A stretch of DNA of 64,000 nt from Candidatus Latescibacterota bacterium (GTDB lineage Bacteria; Latescibacterota; UBA2968; GCA-2709665). The notes below the pieces were generated by a model that did not search any database, was not told the origin of the DNA, and saw only the letters and a list, made by a program, of their open reading frames with translations. Of this stretch, positions 1 through 8,006 are shown piece after piece. The position numbers were made by a program, and so were the translations under genes. The stretch spans positions 3,872,001-3,936,000 of the forward strand of contig OZ220733.1 of NCBI GenBank assembly GCA_965116875.1. The letters run 5' to 3'. Positions within the stretch are counted from its first letter, which is position 1, and each line of letters starts with the position of its first letter.

Positions 1-981
1 TCCTGTCCGACCGCGGTCAAGGCCGTCGTGGATGCGCCACTTTCGCACCAGATCTGCAACGGTCTGGCCAATGCGCTTTGCCTGGAAGACCCGCTGGCGG
101 TGGAAGCGTGTATGCAACGCATGACGGACGCGACGAAGTACTACGGCGTCGATGGCGTGGGGCTGCACGCCATGGCGGGCGTTAATCAGGCGCTCTGGGA
201 TATTGCCGGCAAGGCCCATGACGTGCCGGTCTACCGGCTCATGGGCGGGCCCTTCAGGAAGCGTTTCCGTGCGTATTGTTCGATTCTGTTCGGGGATTCG
301 CCCGCGCAGACTGAAGAACTCGGGCGGAGATTCGCGGGGGAGGGCTTTACGGCGGTCAAATTCGGCTGGGGGCCGATGGGGGAGGGGGAGGAGACCGATA
401 TCGCCCTGGTCAGGGAGGCCCGCCGGGGCGTCGGAGAGGGGGTGGACGTGCTGATCGACGCGGGGCAGGTCTGGGACTGGAAGACGGCCCTGAAGCGGGC
501 GCGCCGGTTCGCGGAGTTCTGCCCGTTCTGGCTCGAGGAACCCCTGCATCCGTCCGACCTGCGCGGATACGCGAAGCTGGCGGCGGAAAGCCCCGTTCCC
601 ATCGCGGCGGGCGAAGCGGAAGCGCGGCTGGACGCATTCGAGCGTCTGGTGGCGGAAGGCGGGTTGGACTGGGTACAGCCGGACCCGGGCCGGTGCGGGA
701 TTTCGACCATGGTGGAGGTGGGAAGGATGGCCGATCGCCGCCATGCAAGAGTCGTGAACCACAGTTTCAAGAGCGGGATTACGATCGCCGCGTCGCTTCA
801 CGCGCTCGCCGCGGTACCGGGCGGGGAGATGTTCGAGTATTGCATGTCGGAGTCGCCGCTCCGCCACGAACTGACGCACGAACGATTCGAAGTCGTCGAC
901 GGATGCGTGGCTGTGCCGGAGGGCCCCGGCCTTGGCGTGACGATCAACGAGGAGACGCTGGAGAAGTACCGGGTGGCATAG
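1..981 (+). CDS. Mandelate racemase/muconate lactonizing enzyme (enolase superfamily) protein, 5'-truncated by window edge
   Basis: Frame is open from base 1. Motifs ALWDIAGKA..PVY.L.GG, KFGWG, metal ligands DAG/EEP/GE, and C-terminal PxGPGLG. Confidence 0.9.
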   Translation, partial: SCPTAVKAVVDAPLSHQICNGLANALCLEDPLAVEACMQRMTDATKYYGVDGVGLHAMAGVNQALWDIAGKAHDVPVYRLMGGPFRKRFRAYCSILFGDSPAQTEELGRRFAGEGFTAVKFGWGPMGEGEETDIALVREARRGVGEGVDVLIDAGQVWDWKTALKRARRFAEFCPFWLEEPLHPSDLRGYAKLAAESPVPIAAGEAEARLDAFERLVAEGGLDWVQPDPGRCGISTMVEVGRMADRRHARVVNHSFKSGITIAASLHALAAVPGGEMFEYCMSESPLRHELTHERFEVVDGCVAVPEGPGLGVTINEETLEKYRVA

Positions 982-993
982 CAGGGCTTCCCG

Positions 994-1890
994 TCACCTG
1001 CAGGCCGTCGTCCGGTTCCCGTCCTGAAGTTCCCTGACAAAGGCCGGACTCAGCGTGCCCTGAGCGACCTCCGAGACCGGTCCCTTCATCGTCATGCGAA
1101 ACCCGGGGTCGACCGCGACGTGGAGGGCGCCGCCCGGTGCGTTCACGGTAACCGGAGATGCAGCCAGACCCAGGCGGACGGCCGCGCTCGCCGCCGCGCA
1201 GGACGAGGACCCGGATGCCTGCGTCTCGCCGGCGCCGCGTTCCCAGATGAGAATGAAGATCTCGTTCGGACCCGTGGGTACGGCCAATTGGACGTTGATG
1301 CGATTGGGGAAGAATTCGTGATTCTCCAGGGCGGGGCCGAGCTCGAGCAGGTCATCGCGGGTCCAGGACTCGTGCGCGGCTTTGAAGATGACGCAGTGCG
1401 GATTCCCCACGCTGACCCCCGTGAATCTCAGTTCGCGGCCGGCGGCGGCGATCGACCGTTCGATGAGCTCGCCCCCCGTCAACGTACACGGCAGCGCGAC
1501 GGGATCGAAGTCGGCCTGTCCCATCTCGACGGTCGCGAGGCCGGCATCGCCGTGACGGTCCAGGTGTACCTGGATCTCCACGCGGCCGCCGATCGTGTCC
1601 ACCGTGAAGCAGCGTTTTCGCGTCCGACCGGTGGCGTGGAGGAACCGGGCGAAGATGCGCAGGCCGTTGCCCGACTTCTCGGCCTCGCTGCCGTCCGGGT
1701 TCAGGATGCGCAGGCCGAAGTCGGCGCCATTCCCGGGTTCGAGGGTGAGGATGCCATCGCTGCCGATGCCCCGGTTGCGATCGCAGATGGTGCGGATATT
1801 GTCCGGTGTGAGTTCAAATTCCAGTTCGGCCGGATCCATGACGATGTAGTCGTTGCCCAGACCGTGGCCCTTATAGAAACCGTTTTTCAC
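994..1890 (-). CDS. dapF: Diaminopimelate epimerase-family protein with both catalytic Cys replaced by Ser
   Basis: KGHGLGNDY, GIGSDG, NPDGSEAEKSGNG, VGNPHCV, ERGAGETQASGSS. GTG start at 1890 follows GGGAGG; the ORF-track extension to 2109 runs through a MITE. Confidence 0.8.
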   Translation of the reverse strand: MKNGFYKGHGLGNDYIVMDPAELEFELTPDNIRTICDRNRGIGSDGILTLEPGNGADFGLRILNPDGSEAEKSGNGLRIFARFLHATGRTRKRCFTVDTIGGRVEIQVHLDRHGDAGLATVEMGQADFDPVALPCTLTGGELIERSIAAAGRELRFTGVSVGNPHCVIFKAAHESWTRDDLLELGPALENHEFFPNRINVQLAVPTGPNEIFILIWERGAGETQASGSSSCAAASAAVRLGLAASPVTVNAPGGALHVAVDPGFRMTMKGPVSEVAQGTLSPAFVRELQDGNRTTACR

Positions 1891-1914
1891 AAGACCTCCC
1901 GAACCCGTCCTTAG

Positions 1915-2074
1915 CAGCCCGTTGAAAAAGTCCATCCGGGCTACGGCCGGCCCTTGCGGTCGAAATACTGCGTTGCGCTCCCTCGCCGAATCAAAGGATG
2001 GGACTCGGTCGCGCGCCTTGTCTTCGGCCACAATGGCTCGGCCTCGCCTGCAGAGCGACTTTATCAACGGACTG
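1915..2074. mobile_element. MITE family A copy 1 (160 bp)
   Basis: TIRs CAGCCCGTTGAAAAAGTC / GACTTTATCAACGGACTG, with TTAG on both flanks (1911-1914, 2075-2078). Near-identical to 57629-57788. Confidence 0.9.
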
Positions 2075-2134
2075 TTAGGGGCTGTCCGACGGGAGTCGGA
2101 AGCCGGCATTTCCCCGGACGGGCGTCACCGGTAT

Positions 2135-3103
2135 TCACTTCCATACAAGCAAGACGCCCATCGTCTCGCCCAGACGGGTATACAGCAGGTCGAAGGCCTC
2201 TGCCGCTTCCTGGTAGGGAAAGCGGTGGGAAATCATCTCTTCGGCGCGGATCTTTTCCTGGGCGAGAAGCTGCAGGGCGCGGTCGGAGCCCGAAGAACGT
2301 CTTCCGCCGTCCGAATACCCGCCGACGATCCGCCGGCCCTGGATCTTTCCGGAGTCCAGCGGCAGGGGCTCGTCCTCATACAGGCCGATCACCTGAATCA
2401 GGCCCTTTCGTTTCACCATATCCTGCGCCTGTGCGAATGCCGCCGCCCCCGCGCGCCCGCCCACAGCCTCCACCACGATTTCCACGCCCGCGCCGCCGGT
2501 AAGGTCTTTGACGGCCCTCACGGGATCTTCGCGCGATGCGTCCACCACGTGTTCCGCCCCCAGACGTCCGGCCAGTTCGCACCGGAAGGGCAACGCGTCG
2601 ACCGCGATCACACCGGGGTTCACTTCCGCGTTCAGCGTTTGCATACAGATTGAGCCTACGAGACCCTGACCCAGAATGGCCACCGTGTCTTCCCTGCGTG
2701 CCTCGAGTTCCCGCATCCAGAGAACGGAACTGGTGCTCAGCGGCCAGAACGTCGCGGCTTCCGAGGAGACCGCGTCCGGAAGCTGCACAACGGGGTTCAG
2801 GTGGCGTGAACCCACGATTTCGACGGCCACGTATTCCGCGTGCGGCGCAAGAGCCGCCACACGGTCGCCGATGGAGAAGCCGTCCACGCGCGCGCCGACC
2901 TCGACGATGTCACCCACGAACGAGTACCCCATGCTTTGATGGTCGATGGCTTCGGGACGGATGTAACGGCGCCAGATCTCGGAGCCACGGCTGATCAGGC
3001 TGCATTCCGCACGGATCAGCACCTCCGTGGGCGCGATTTCAGGAATGGGAACGTCTTCAATGACGATATTGTATTCGCCTTCCGGCTTTGCGACGCGTTT
3101 CAT
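2135..3103 (-). CDS. Medium-chain dehydrogenase/reductase (MDR), probably lacking the canonical catalytic zinc site
   Basis: GroES-like N-terminus with SLISRGSE and MGYS in place of GHE; Rossmann motif ILGQGLVG; VEAVGG. Confidence 0.85.
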   Translation of the reverse strand: MKRVAKPEGEYNIVIEDVPIPEIAPTEVLIRAECSLISRGSEIWRRYIRPEAIDHQSMGYSFVGDIVEVGARVDGFSIGDRVAALAPHAEYVAVEIVGSRHLNPVVQLPDAVSSEAATFWPLSTSSVLWMRELEARREDTVAILGQGLVGSICMQTLNAEVNPGVIAVDALPFRCELAGRLGAEHVVDASREDPVRAVKDLTGGAGVEIVVEAVGGRAGAAAFAQAQDMVKRKGLIQVIGLYEDEPLPLDSGKIQGRRIVGGYSDGGRRSSGSDRALQLLAQEKIRAEEMISHRFPYQEAAEAFDLLYTRLGETMGVLLVWK

Positions 3104-3215
3104 GACGGGGTTCCCTGAGTTGGAGATTTGAAGACTTCAGGCGCGGGCATATCGAATCACGAGGAAGGGAGCCGCTCAACCCGTCCTCTGCTGGCAGTCG
3201 CTGCGTGACTTCCGC

Positions 3216-3953
3216 TCAGTCAACCCGCTCGAGGTCCTGGATGTCGCGGCGAAACACCCATGTCCCCTCTCTCACATAGTGAATGGCGAATGCAAGCCGG
3301 GGCCTGCCCGAGGAGCGGTTCGCGTAAGAGCCGTGAATGGTTCTGCCGGTAAAGAACACGCCCGAGCCTCGCGGCACCGTAAGGAAGGTGAGTTCATCGC
3401 GGCCTACGCCGTCGACCTCGTGCGAGTGCATGGTTTCGGTCCACTCCGTGCCGTCGGGTCCTCGCATGGCGTACTCCTTCACCCAGGAGGCGTGTTCGCT
3501 GCTGTCCTGAGGGGGACGGGTATTCCGGAGGGGGGCAAGGTGGCTGCCGGCGGCGACGCAGAGACCGCCGTTGCTGCTGTCGGTGTCGCTCAATGCAAGC
3601 CAGCAGGCCATGAGTGTGCCGGGTTCGTTCCGGATATAGTGAGCGTCCTGATGAAGCGCGATACCCGTGCCCCCGCGCGGCGCCTTTTCCATGTACATGG
3701 TCTGGACGATCATTGGAGTCCCGCCCAACAGCCGGGACGCGATGGCGGAGATGCGGGGATGCGACGCCAGGTAACGCCACTGTGGATCCGCCGTGTGCCT
3801 GCGCAGACCGAGTTCCAGGACTTCCGGTGCCGCCGCTTCCGACTGCGCTTCCAGGAAGGCGTTGATTTCAGACGGCGTCAGCAGATCCTGTACCTGTACG
3901 AAACCGTCCGCACGGTAGGATGCCACCTGCTCCGAAGTCAGGGAGAGTCCCAT
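3216..3953 (-). CDS. Phytanoyl-CoA dioxygenase (PhyH) family Fe(II)/2OG dioxygenase
   Basis: LTSEQVASYRADGF start, HQD triad motif, NGGLCV..GSH, distal HGSYANRS..R. Confidence 0.9.
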   Translation of the reverse strand: MGLSLTSEQVASYRADGFVQVQDLLTPSEINAFLEAQSEAAAPEVLELGLRRHTADPQWRYLASHPRISAIASRLLGGTPMIVQTMYMEKAPRGGTGIALHQDAHYIRNEPGTLMACWLALSDTDSSNGGLCVAAGSHLAPLRNTRPPQDSSEHASWVKEYAMRGPDGTEWTETMHSHEVDGVGRDELTFLTVPRGSGVFFTGRTIHGSYANRSSGRPRLAFAIHYVREGTWVFRRDIQDLERVD

Positions 3954-3966
3954 CGCGGATTCTCAG

Positions 3967-4914
3967 TCAGGTGAGGTCGAACGGGTTGGACCAGGCTTTC
4001 GCGCCGTCCGTTCCGATGACTTCGAAACGGACCCAGCGTGCGCCCGGCCGCAAGGTGAACGTGGCGCTCGTGAAGGGGTTGCCGGAATTCCTGTATTCGG
4101 TCCCGAACGTATCGCAAATGGCCAGGATACGCCTGGCCTCGGAGCATTCTACGGTGGCCTCGACCGGCCGTTTCTCCTCGCCGCTGCTTCTCCGGAGAGT
4201 GATGTTTCGAATCACGGCGCCGGTACTCGAGTAGCTCGCGCCACGTAACATCGCGTCGAGAATGGCCCCGGGAGACCGGTCCTTCACGCGCACCATCGTC
4301 CAGCCCCCGTACGTGTCACGGTTGTCCGATTCGAGGGCGTGGGAATCGTCGTTGGCAAGGGCGGGATAGAGCCTGTTCTCCAGGTCCATCCAGTCGTCCC
4401 AATGAACGCCGGATTCCCCTCTGCCCGCGCATCGGCAGGTTGTGTTGAACACCTCAACGCCGGCAAATCCCGTGAGCGGAACGGCGTCCCGCAGGATATT
4501 GACCGAACTCCAGTACGGGTGGGCCAGCCACGTGCAGCCCCCCTGCTCCTGAACCGCGTCGATCACGTGCTGGGGCGGCATGTTCTCCGAGTCCATGTCT
4601 TCGTGGATGTTCAGGCAGAGAAAATGGTGTTTCTGTCCGCCGAACGGATTGTCCGGATGCAGTTCGGCGCCCTGAATGAGCACAAAGTCGTCCGGACAAT
4701 CCACGGAATCGATCCGTGTGATTCTGTAATGGTCCGAGAGACACAGAAAGTCGTACCCCTGGCCCACGTAGCCGTCCAGGCGTTCTTGCGGCGACGCCTT
4801 GCCGTCGGAGTTCGTTGTGTGGGAGTGGAGGTTGCCTTTCAGCCAGACATAGCCGTCGTCGGCATCCAGGTTGAACGGGTCCGCGAGGTTCTGCCGGGGC
4901 GCGTTGCCAGCCAT
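3967..4914 (-). CDS. PHP-domain metallohydrolase (CehA/McbA-like)
   Basis: WLKGNLHSHTTNSDG, LSDH, GAE, AHP, EVFN, NDDSH metal motifs. Confidence 0.85.
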   Translation of the reverse strand: MAGNAPRQNLADPFNLDADDGYVWLKGNLHSHTTNSDGKASPQERLDGYVGQGYDFLCLSDHYRITRIDSVDCPDDFVLIQGAELHPDNPFGGQKHHFLCLNIHEDMDSENMPPQHVIDAVQEQGGCTWLAHPYWSSVNILRDAVPLTGFAGVEVFNTTCRCAGRGESGVHWDDWMDLENRLYPALANDDSHALESDNRDTYGGWTMVRVKDRSPGAILDAMLRGASYSSTGAVIRNITLRRSSGEEKRPVEATVECSEARRILAICDTFGTEYRNSGNPFTSATFTLRPGARWVRFEVIGTDGAKAWSNPFDLT

Positions 4915-4992
4915 GGACGTTCTCCAAATGAATTTCGAGTGGCGCGATCAGGGCAAGGTTTCGTCTATGCCCGTGCGGATATGCTTCTCGGG

Positions 4993-6162
4993 TCAGGTCT
5001 GGTGCACGATTGGGGACAACTGGGTTGCGGGACACGCCCGCGCTCCCTTGACGTCGTACCCCATGTCTTTGAGGATGCAACTGATCTGGGATTCGAGCTG
5101 GAGGAGGTATTCCCTTTCTTCCCCGCTCATGGTCTGCCGCGGCGGACCGACGTCGAATCCGCGCACGGCCACACCGGTTTTGAATCCCTCGGGAAAGTTC
5201 ACACCCAGCAGCATGAGGTTGATGAGATCCAGGATGCGGTATTGCATGCTGCGTGCGTTCTCGAGGTCGCCGGACAGCGTCTTTTCATAGATATCCACAA
5301 TGACCTCGGGAATGATTCCGGACGTCGCGATCGTGCCTCCGCTGGCGCCCATCATGATGGATGGACACAGGATTTCCTCGCAGCCGACCAGGACCACGTA
5401 ATCGGGGCGCTGTGCGCGCAGTCGATGCATGGTATTGATCAACCGCGGCATATCCCTGCTGGAATCCTTGGTACCCATGATGCGTTCGAACGGCAGCAGA
5501 CGTTCCATAATGTCCAGCGTGAGTTCCTGCGTGAACTGGGGGATATTGTATAAAAGGACGTCGAGAGGGGTCTGTCTCGCAATTTCAGAGAAGTACTCGA
5601 AGAGGCTTGTGTCCGAGATCTCGTAATAGTACGGGGGTACGAGAGAGATGGCGTCGACGTCGATGCCCGCGTAATATTCGCTCATTCTGAGCACGTCGCG
5701 GAGGTTGGCTTCGCTGGCGCCCGCAAGAACCGGAATCCTTCCCTGGTTGACGTTCGTAACCAGGCGCACGACCTCCTTGCGCTCGTCGCTGGAAAGACGC
5801 ACGAATTCGCCGGTGCTGCCGTTGGGATACAGCCCGTGGATGCCGGCCTCGATGAGCCAGTTGACGTAGCGCTCCATTTCCCCGTAGTTGATGCGATCAT
5901 TGCCGTCGAAAATGACGATGTTGGGGCAGAAGATGCCCTTGAATTCCTTCCTCTCTCCGGATTTGCGACGTACGGCCGGCGTTGAAGCTGGCGGTCCGGC
6001 GGCTGTCGCTTCTTTCCTGGATACCTGGACCTGGCGGGCCGCAAGGTAGTCCAGCGCAAGCGGCGTCAGCTTTGCCCGCGGGCAGATTTCGACTTCCCGC
6101 TCAGAGCCCAGTTTTTCCTTGAGCAGTTGTTCGGTAACAACCGCGTCGTCAATACGGATCAT
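4993..6162 (-). CDS. DapA/N-acetylneuraminate-lyase-family class I aldolase with an extra ~50-aa N-terminal domain
   Basis: NGSTGE, PPYYY, LYNIPQ and GTKDSS (Schiff-base Lys). N-terminal VVTEQ..LTPLALDYL segment followed by an Ala/Pro linker. Confidence 0.88.
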   Translation of the reverse strand: MIRIDDAVVTEQLLKEKLGSEREVEICPRAKLTPLALDYLAARQVQVSRKEATAAGPPASTPAVRRKSGERKEFKGIFCPNIVIFDGNDRINYGEMERYVNWLIEAGIHGLYPNGSTGEFVRLSSDERKEVVRLVTNVNQGRIPVLAGASEANLRDVLRMSEYYAGIDVDAISLVPPYYYEISDTSLFEYFSEIARQTPLDVLLYNIPQFTQELTLDIMERLLPFERIMGTKDSSRDMPRLINTMHRLRAQRPDYVVLVGCEEILCPSIMMGASGGTIATSGIIPEVIVDIYEKTLSGDLENARSMQYRILDLINLMLLGVNFPEGFKTGVAVRGFDVGPPRQTMSGEEREYLLQLESQISCILKDMGYDVKGARACPATQLSPIVHQT

Positions 6163-6192
6163 CGATCATTCCCAAGAGGGTTCAGCGGCGGA

Positions 6193-7353
6193 TCAGTGGA
6201 TCAGCCGCTCTTCCAGCGCCGGATAGGGATGGGGAATAAGGTGTGCGGACACCAGTTCGCCGTACCTCTCCGCCTCCCCGGCGCCGATTTTCAGGGCGGT
6301 ACGCACCGCGCCGACGTCTCCACGGACGACGCTTGCCGTGAGAAAGTACCCTACCTTGTACCGGCCCTCGTACTCCACGTCCGCGGATTTCAACATCTGA
6401 TCCACGGCTTTCACCAGGGCCACCGTGCTGCGCGTTTCGATCAATCCCATCGCCTGATGCGGGCCCGAGGCGTTCCTGACGGTGTTCCCGCCGAAACATG
6501 CCATGATTTCGGAGGACGGGCGGGAAACGACACAGGATGCATTCAGTTCCCCGGCTTCCCGCGCGCCATCGATTCCCGCTTCCACGGCTGCCTGGACGGC
6601 GTCAAGTGCGCCTTTCACGAGCGCGTCGACCCGGCCGCCGCTGGCGATGACAAGCCGCATGAGGTCCACGTCGGCCGCTTTGACCATCGCATCGGATCCC
6701 CCGACCGCGGACGCATAACCCGTTGTTTCAAGAACACCCAGCGCGCCAGCGTCTTCCTCGTGCCCGTTGGAAACCGGCGCATCGGGAAGCAGCGGTGCGA
6801 TACCCGCTTCCGGTCTGGGAATTGCCAGGGTCCCGTAGACTTCCCCGGCTTCATCCGCACACACTTTTCCGGCCTCAAGCGCCGTCTGGACCGATGAAAT
6901 ATCGCCACGTACCACGAGATGAACCAGCGCGCCGCCAACGGACGTCCAGCCGGCGACGCGGACGGGCGCGCTCTTGACCATTGCGTCCGCGCCGCGTATC
7001 AGGGGTACCATGCCGCGCGTTTCAAGGATTCCCATCGCCTGCGCGCCAACCGGTTTCGCCGTGCCACCGCCCGCCATGTGCGGCATGGACTCGAGGGCGC
7101 CGGGGGCCGGGCCGGCGATCACGTCGGCGCGAATCAGTTCGCCGTGGGTTTCGGCTTCGGATCGCCCGATCCGAATGGCGGCCTCCACGTCCGAAACAAC
7201 GCCTTCGATCACGACGGTCAGCCAGCCGGATCCCACGCCGTGACGTCCCTGAACCCTGACGTCCACGGTCTTGAGCATGGCGTCCAGAGCCGCGACAAGC
7301 GCGGTCATGCCGCGGGTTTCCAGAATTCCCAGGGCGTGATTCCTTGCGGGCAC
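6193..7353 (-). CDS. Bacterial microcompartment shell protein with four tandem BMC (Pfam00936-type) domains
   Basis: Four repeats of A(L/M)G(I/V/L)xETxx...DxMxK...GxxxxV...xxP in 386 aa. Confidence 0.92.
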   Translation of the reverse strand: MPARNHALGILETRGMTALVAALDAMLKTVDVRVQGRHGVGSGWLTVVIEGVVSDVEAAIRIGRSEAETHGELIRADVIAGPAPGALESMPHMAGGGTAKPVGAQAMGILETRGMVPLIRGADAMVKSAPVRVAGWTSVGGALVHLVVRGDISSVQTALEAGKVCADEAGEVYGTLAIPRPEAGIAPLLPDAPVSNGHEEDAGALGVLETTGYASAVGGSDAMVKAADVDLMRLVIASGGRVDALVKGALDAVQAAVEAGIDGAREAGELNASCVVSRPSSEIMACFGGNTVRNASGPHQAMGLIETRSTVALVKAVDQMLKSADVEYEGRYKVGYFLTASVVRGDVGAVRTALKIGAGEAERYGELVSAHLIPHPYPALEERLIH

Positions 7354-7361
7354 GACGGCGC

Positions 7362-7919
7362 TCAGGGTCCGAACGCCCGCAGGACGTCGGGCAGGGGTTT
7401 GGGGATGAGGGCGTCGCCCAGGAAGTTTTCTCCGCCCTCGACGCTGGCGCGGCCCACGGGCAGGGCCTCGGCCACGGACGCCACGTCGCCAAGAATAAGG
7501 GAGCAGACCACCCGGTTGTGAACGGTGAGCACGTTATAGACCCGGACGTCGGCCGCCTTCACCATGTTGTCGTTGGCGGTGACGTGCGAGCCGTATCCTC
7601 TTGTTTCGATCAGACCCAGCGCGCCGGACGGCGTCTGCCGCTGTGTATCGTTTGCATTGGAAACGTAATCCCGGCAGGCGGGTTCGGGGTGCGTCATCGG
7701 CGCCGCCACGACCTGCCCTGACACTTCCCTGGCCGCTTCTTCGCCGCACTCGAGCGCCGTCGCCACCCTGCTGATCGATCCGCCGAGAAAGACGGTGGTA
7801 AATCCGCCGATGGACTCCCAGCCCAGGAGATCCACGCCGGCAGCCTTGCAGGCGGCGTCGGATGCGAGAATTATCCCCGCGACGCCTTCGACTTCGATCA
7901 TGCCGATCGCGGCTGACAT
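7362..7919 (-). CDS. Bacterial microcompartment shell protein with two tandem BMC domains
   Basis: AIGMIEVEG..DAACKAAGV..THP and ALGLIETRG..DNMVKAADV..IPKP. Confidence 0.92.
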   Translation of the reverse strand: MSAAIGMIEVEGVAGIILASDAACKAAGVDLLGWESIGGFTTVFLGGSISRVATALECGEEAAREVSGQVVAAPMTHPEPACRDYVSNANDTQRQTPSGALGLIETRGYGSHVTANDNMVKAADVRVYNVLTVHNRVVCSLILGDVASVAEALPVGRASVEGGENFLGDALIPKPLPDVLRAFGP

Positions 7920-8006
7920 GCTGCCGTCCTGGTGTGTTTGACCGAACGATTCGGTACCGAAAATTCAATCGGACATCATCAAAACGGGTGGAACCAAAGC
8001 CAATGC

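Noticed and set aside
1891-2109. N-terminal extensions of dapF (similarly the Gfo gene at 24314, qor at 48648, panB at 54398 and rny at 58678)
   Set aside because: The extensions run through MITE sequence; better RBS-supported starts lie downstream.
4993-6162. Calling the aldolase dapA as part of a lysine pathway with dapF
   Set aside because: The GSTGE motif, the extra N-terminal domain and the BMC context argue against DHDPS, and the DapF homologue lacks its catalytic Cys residues.
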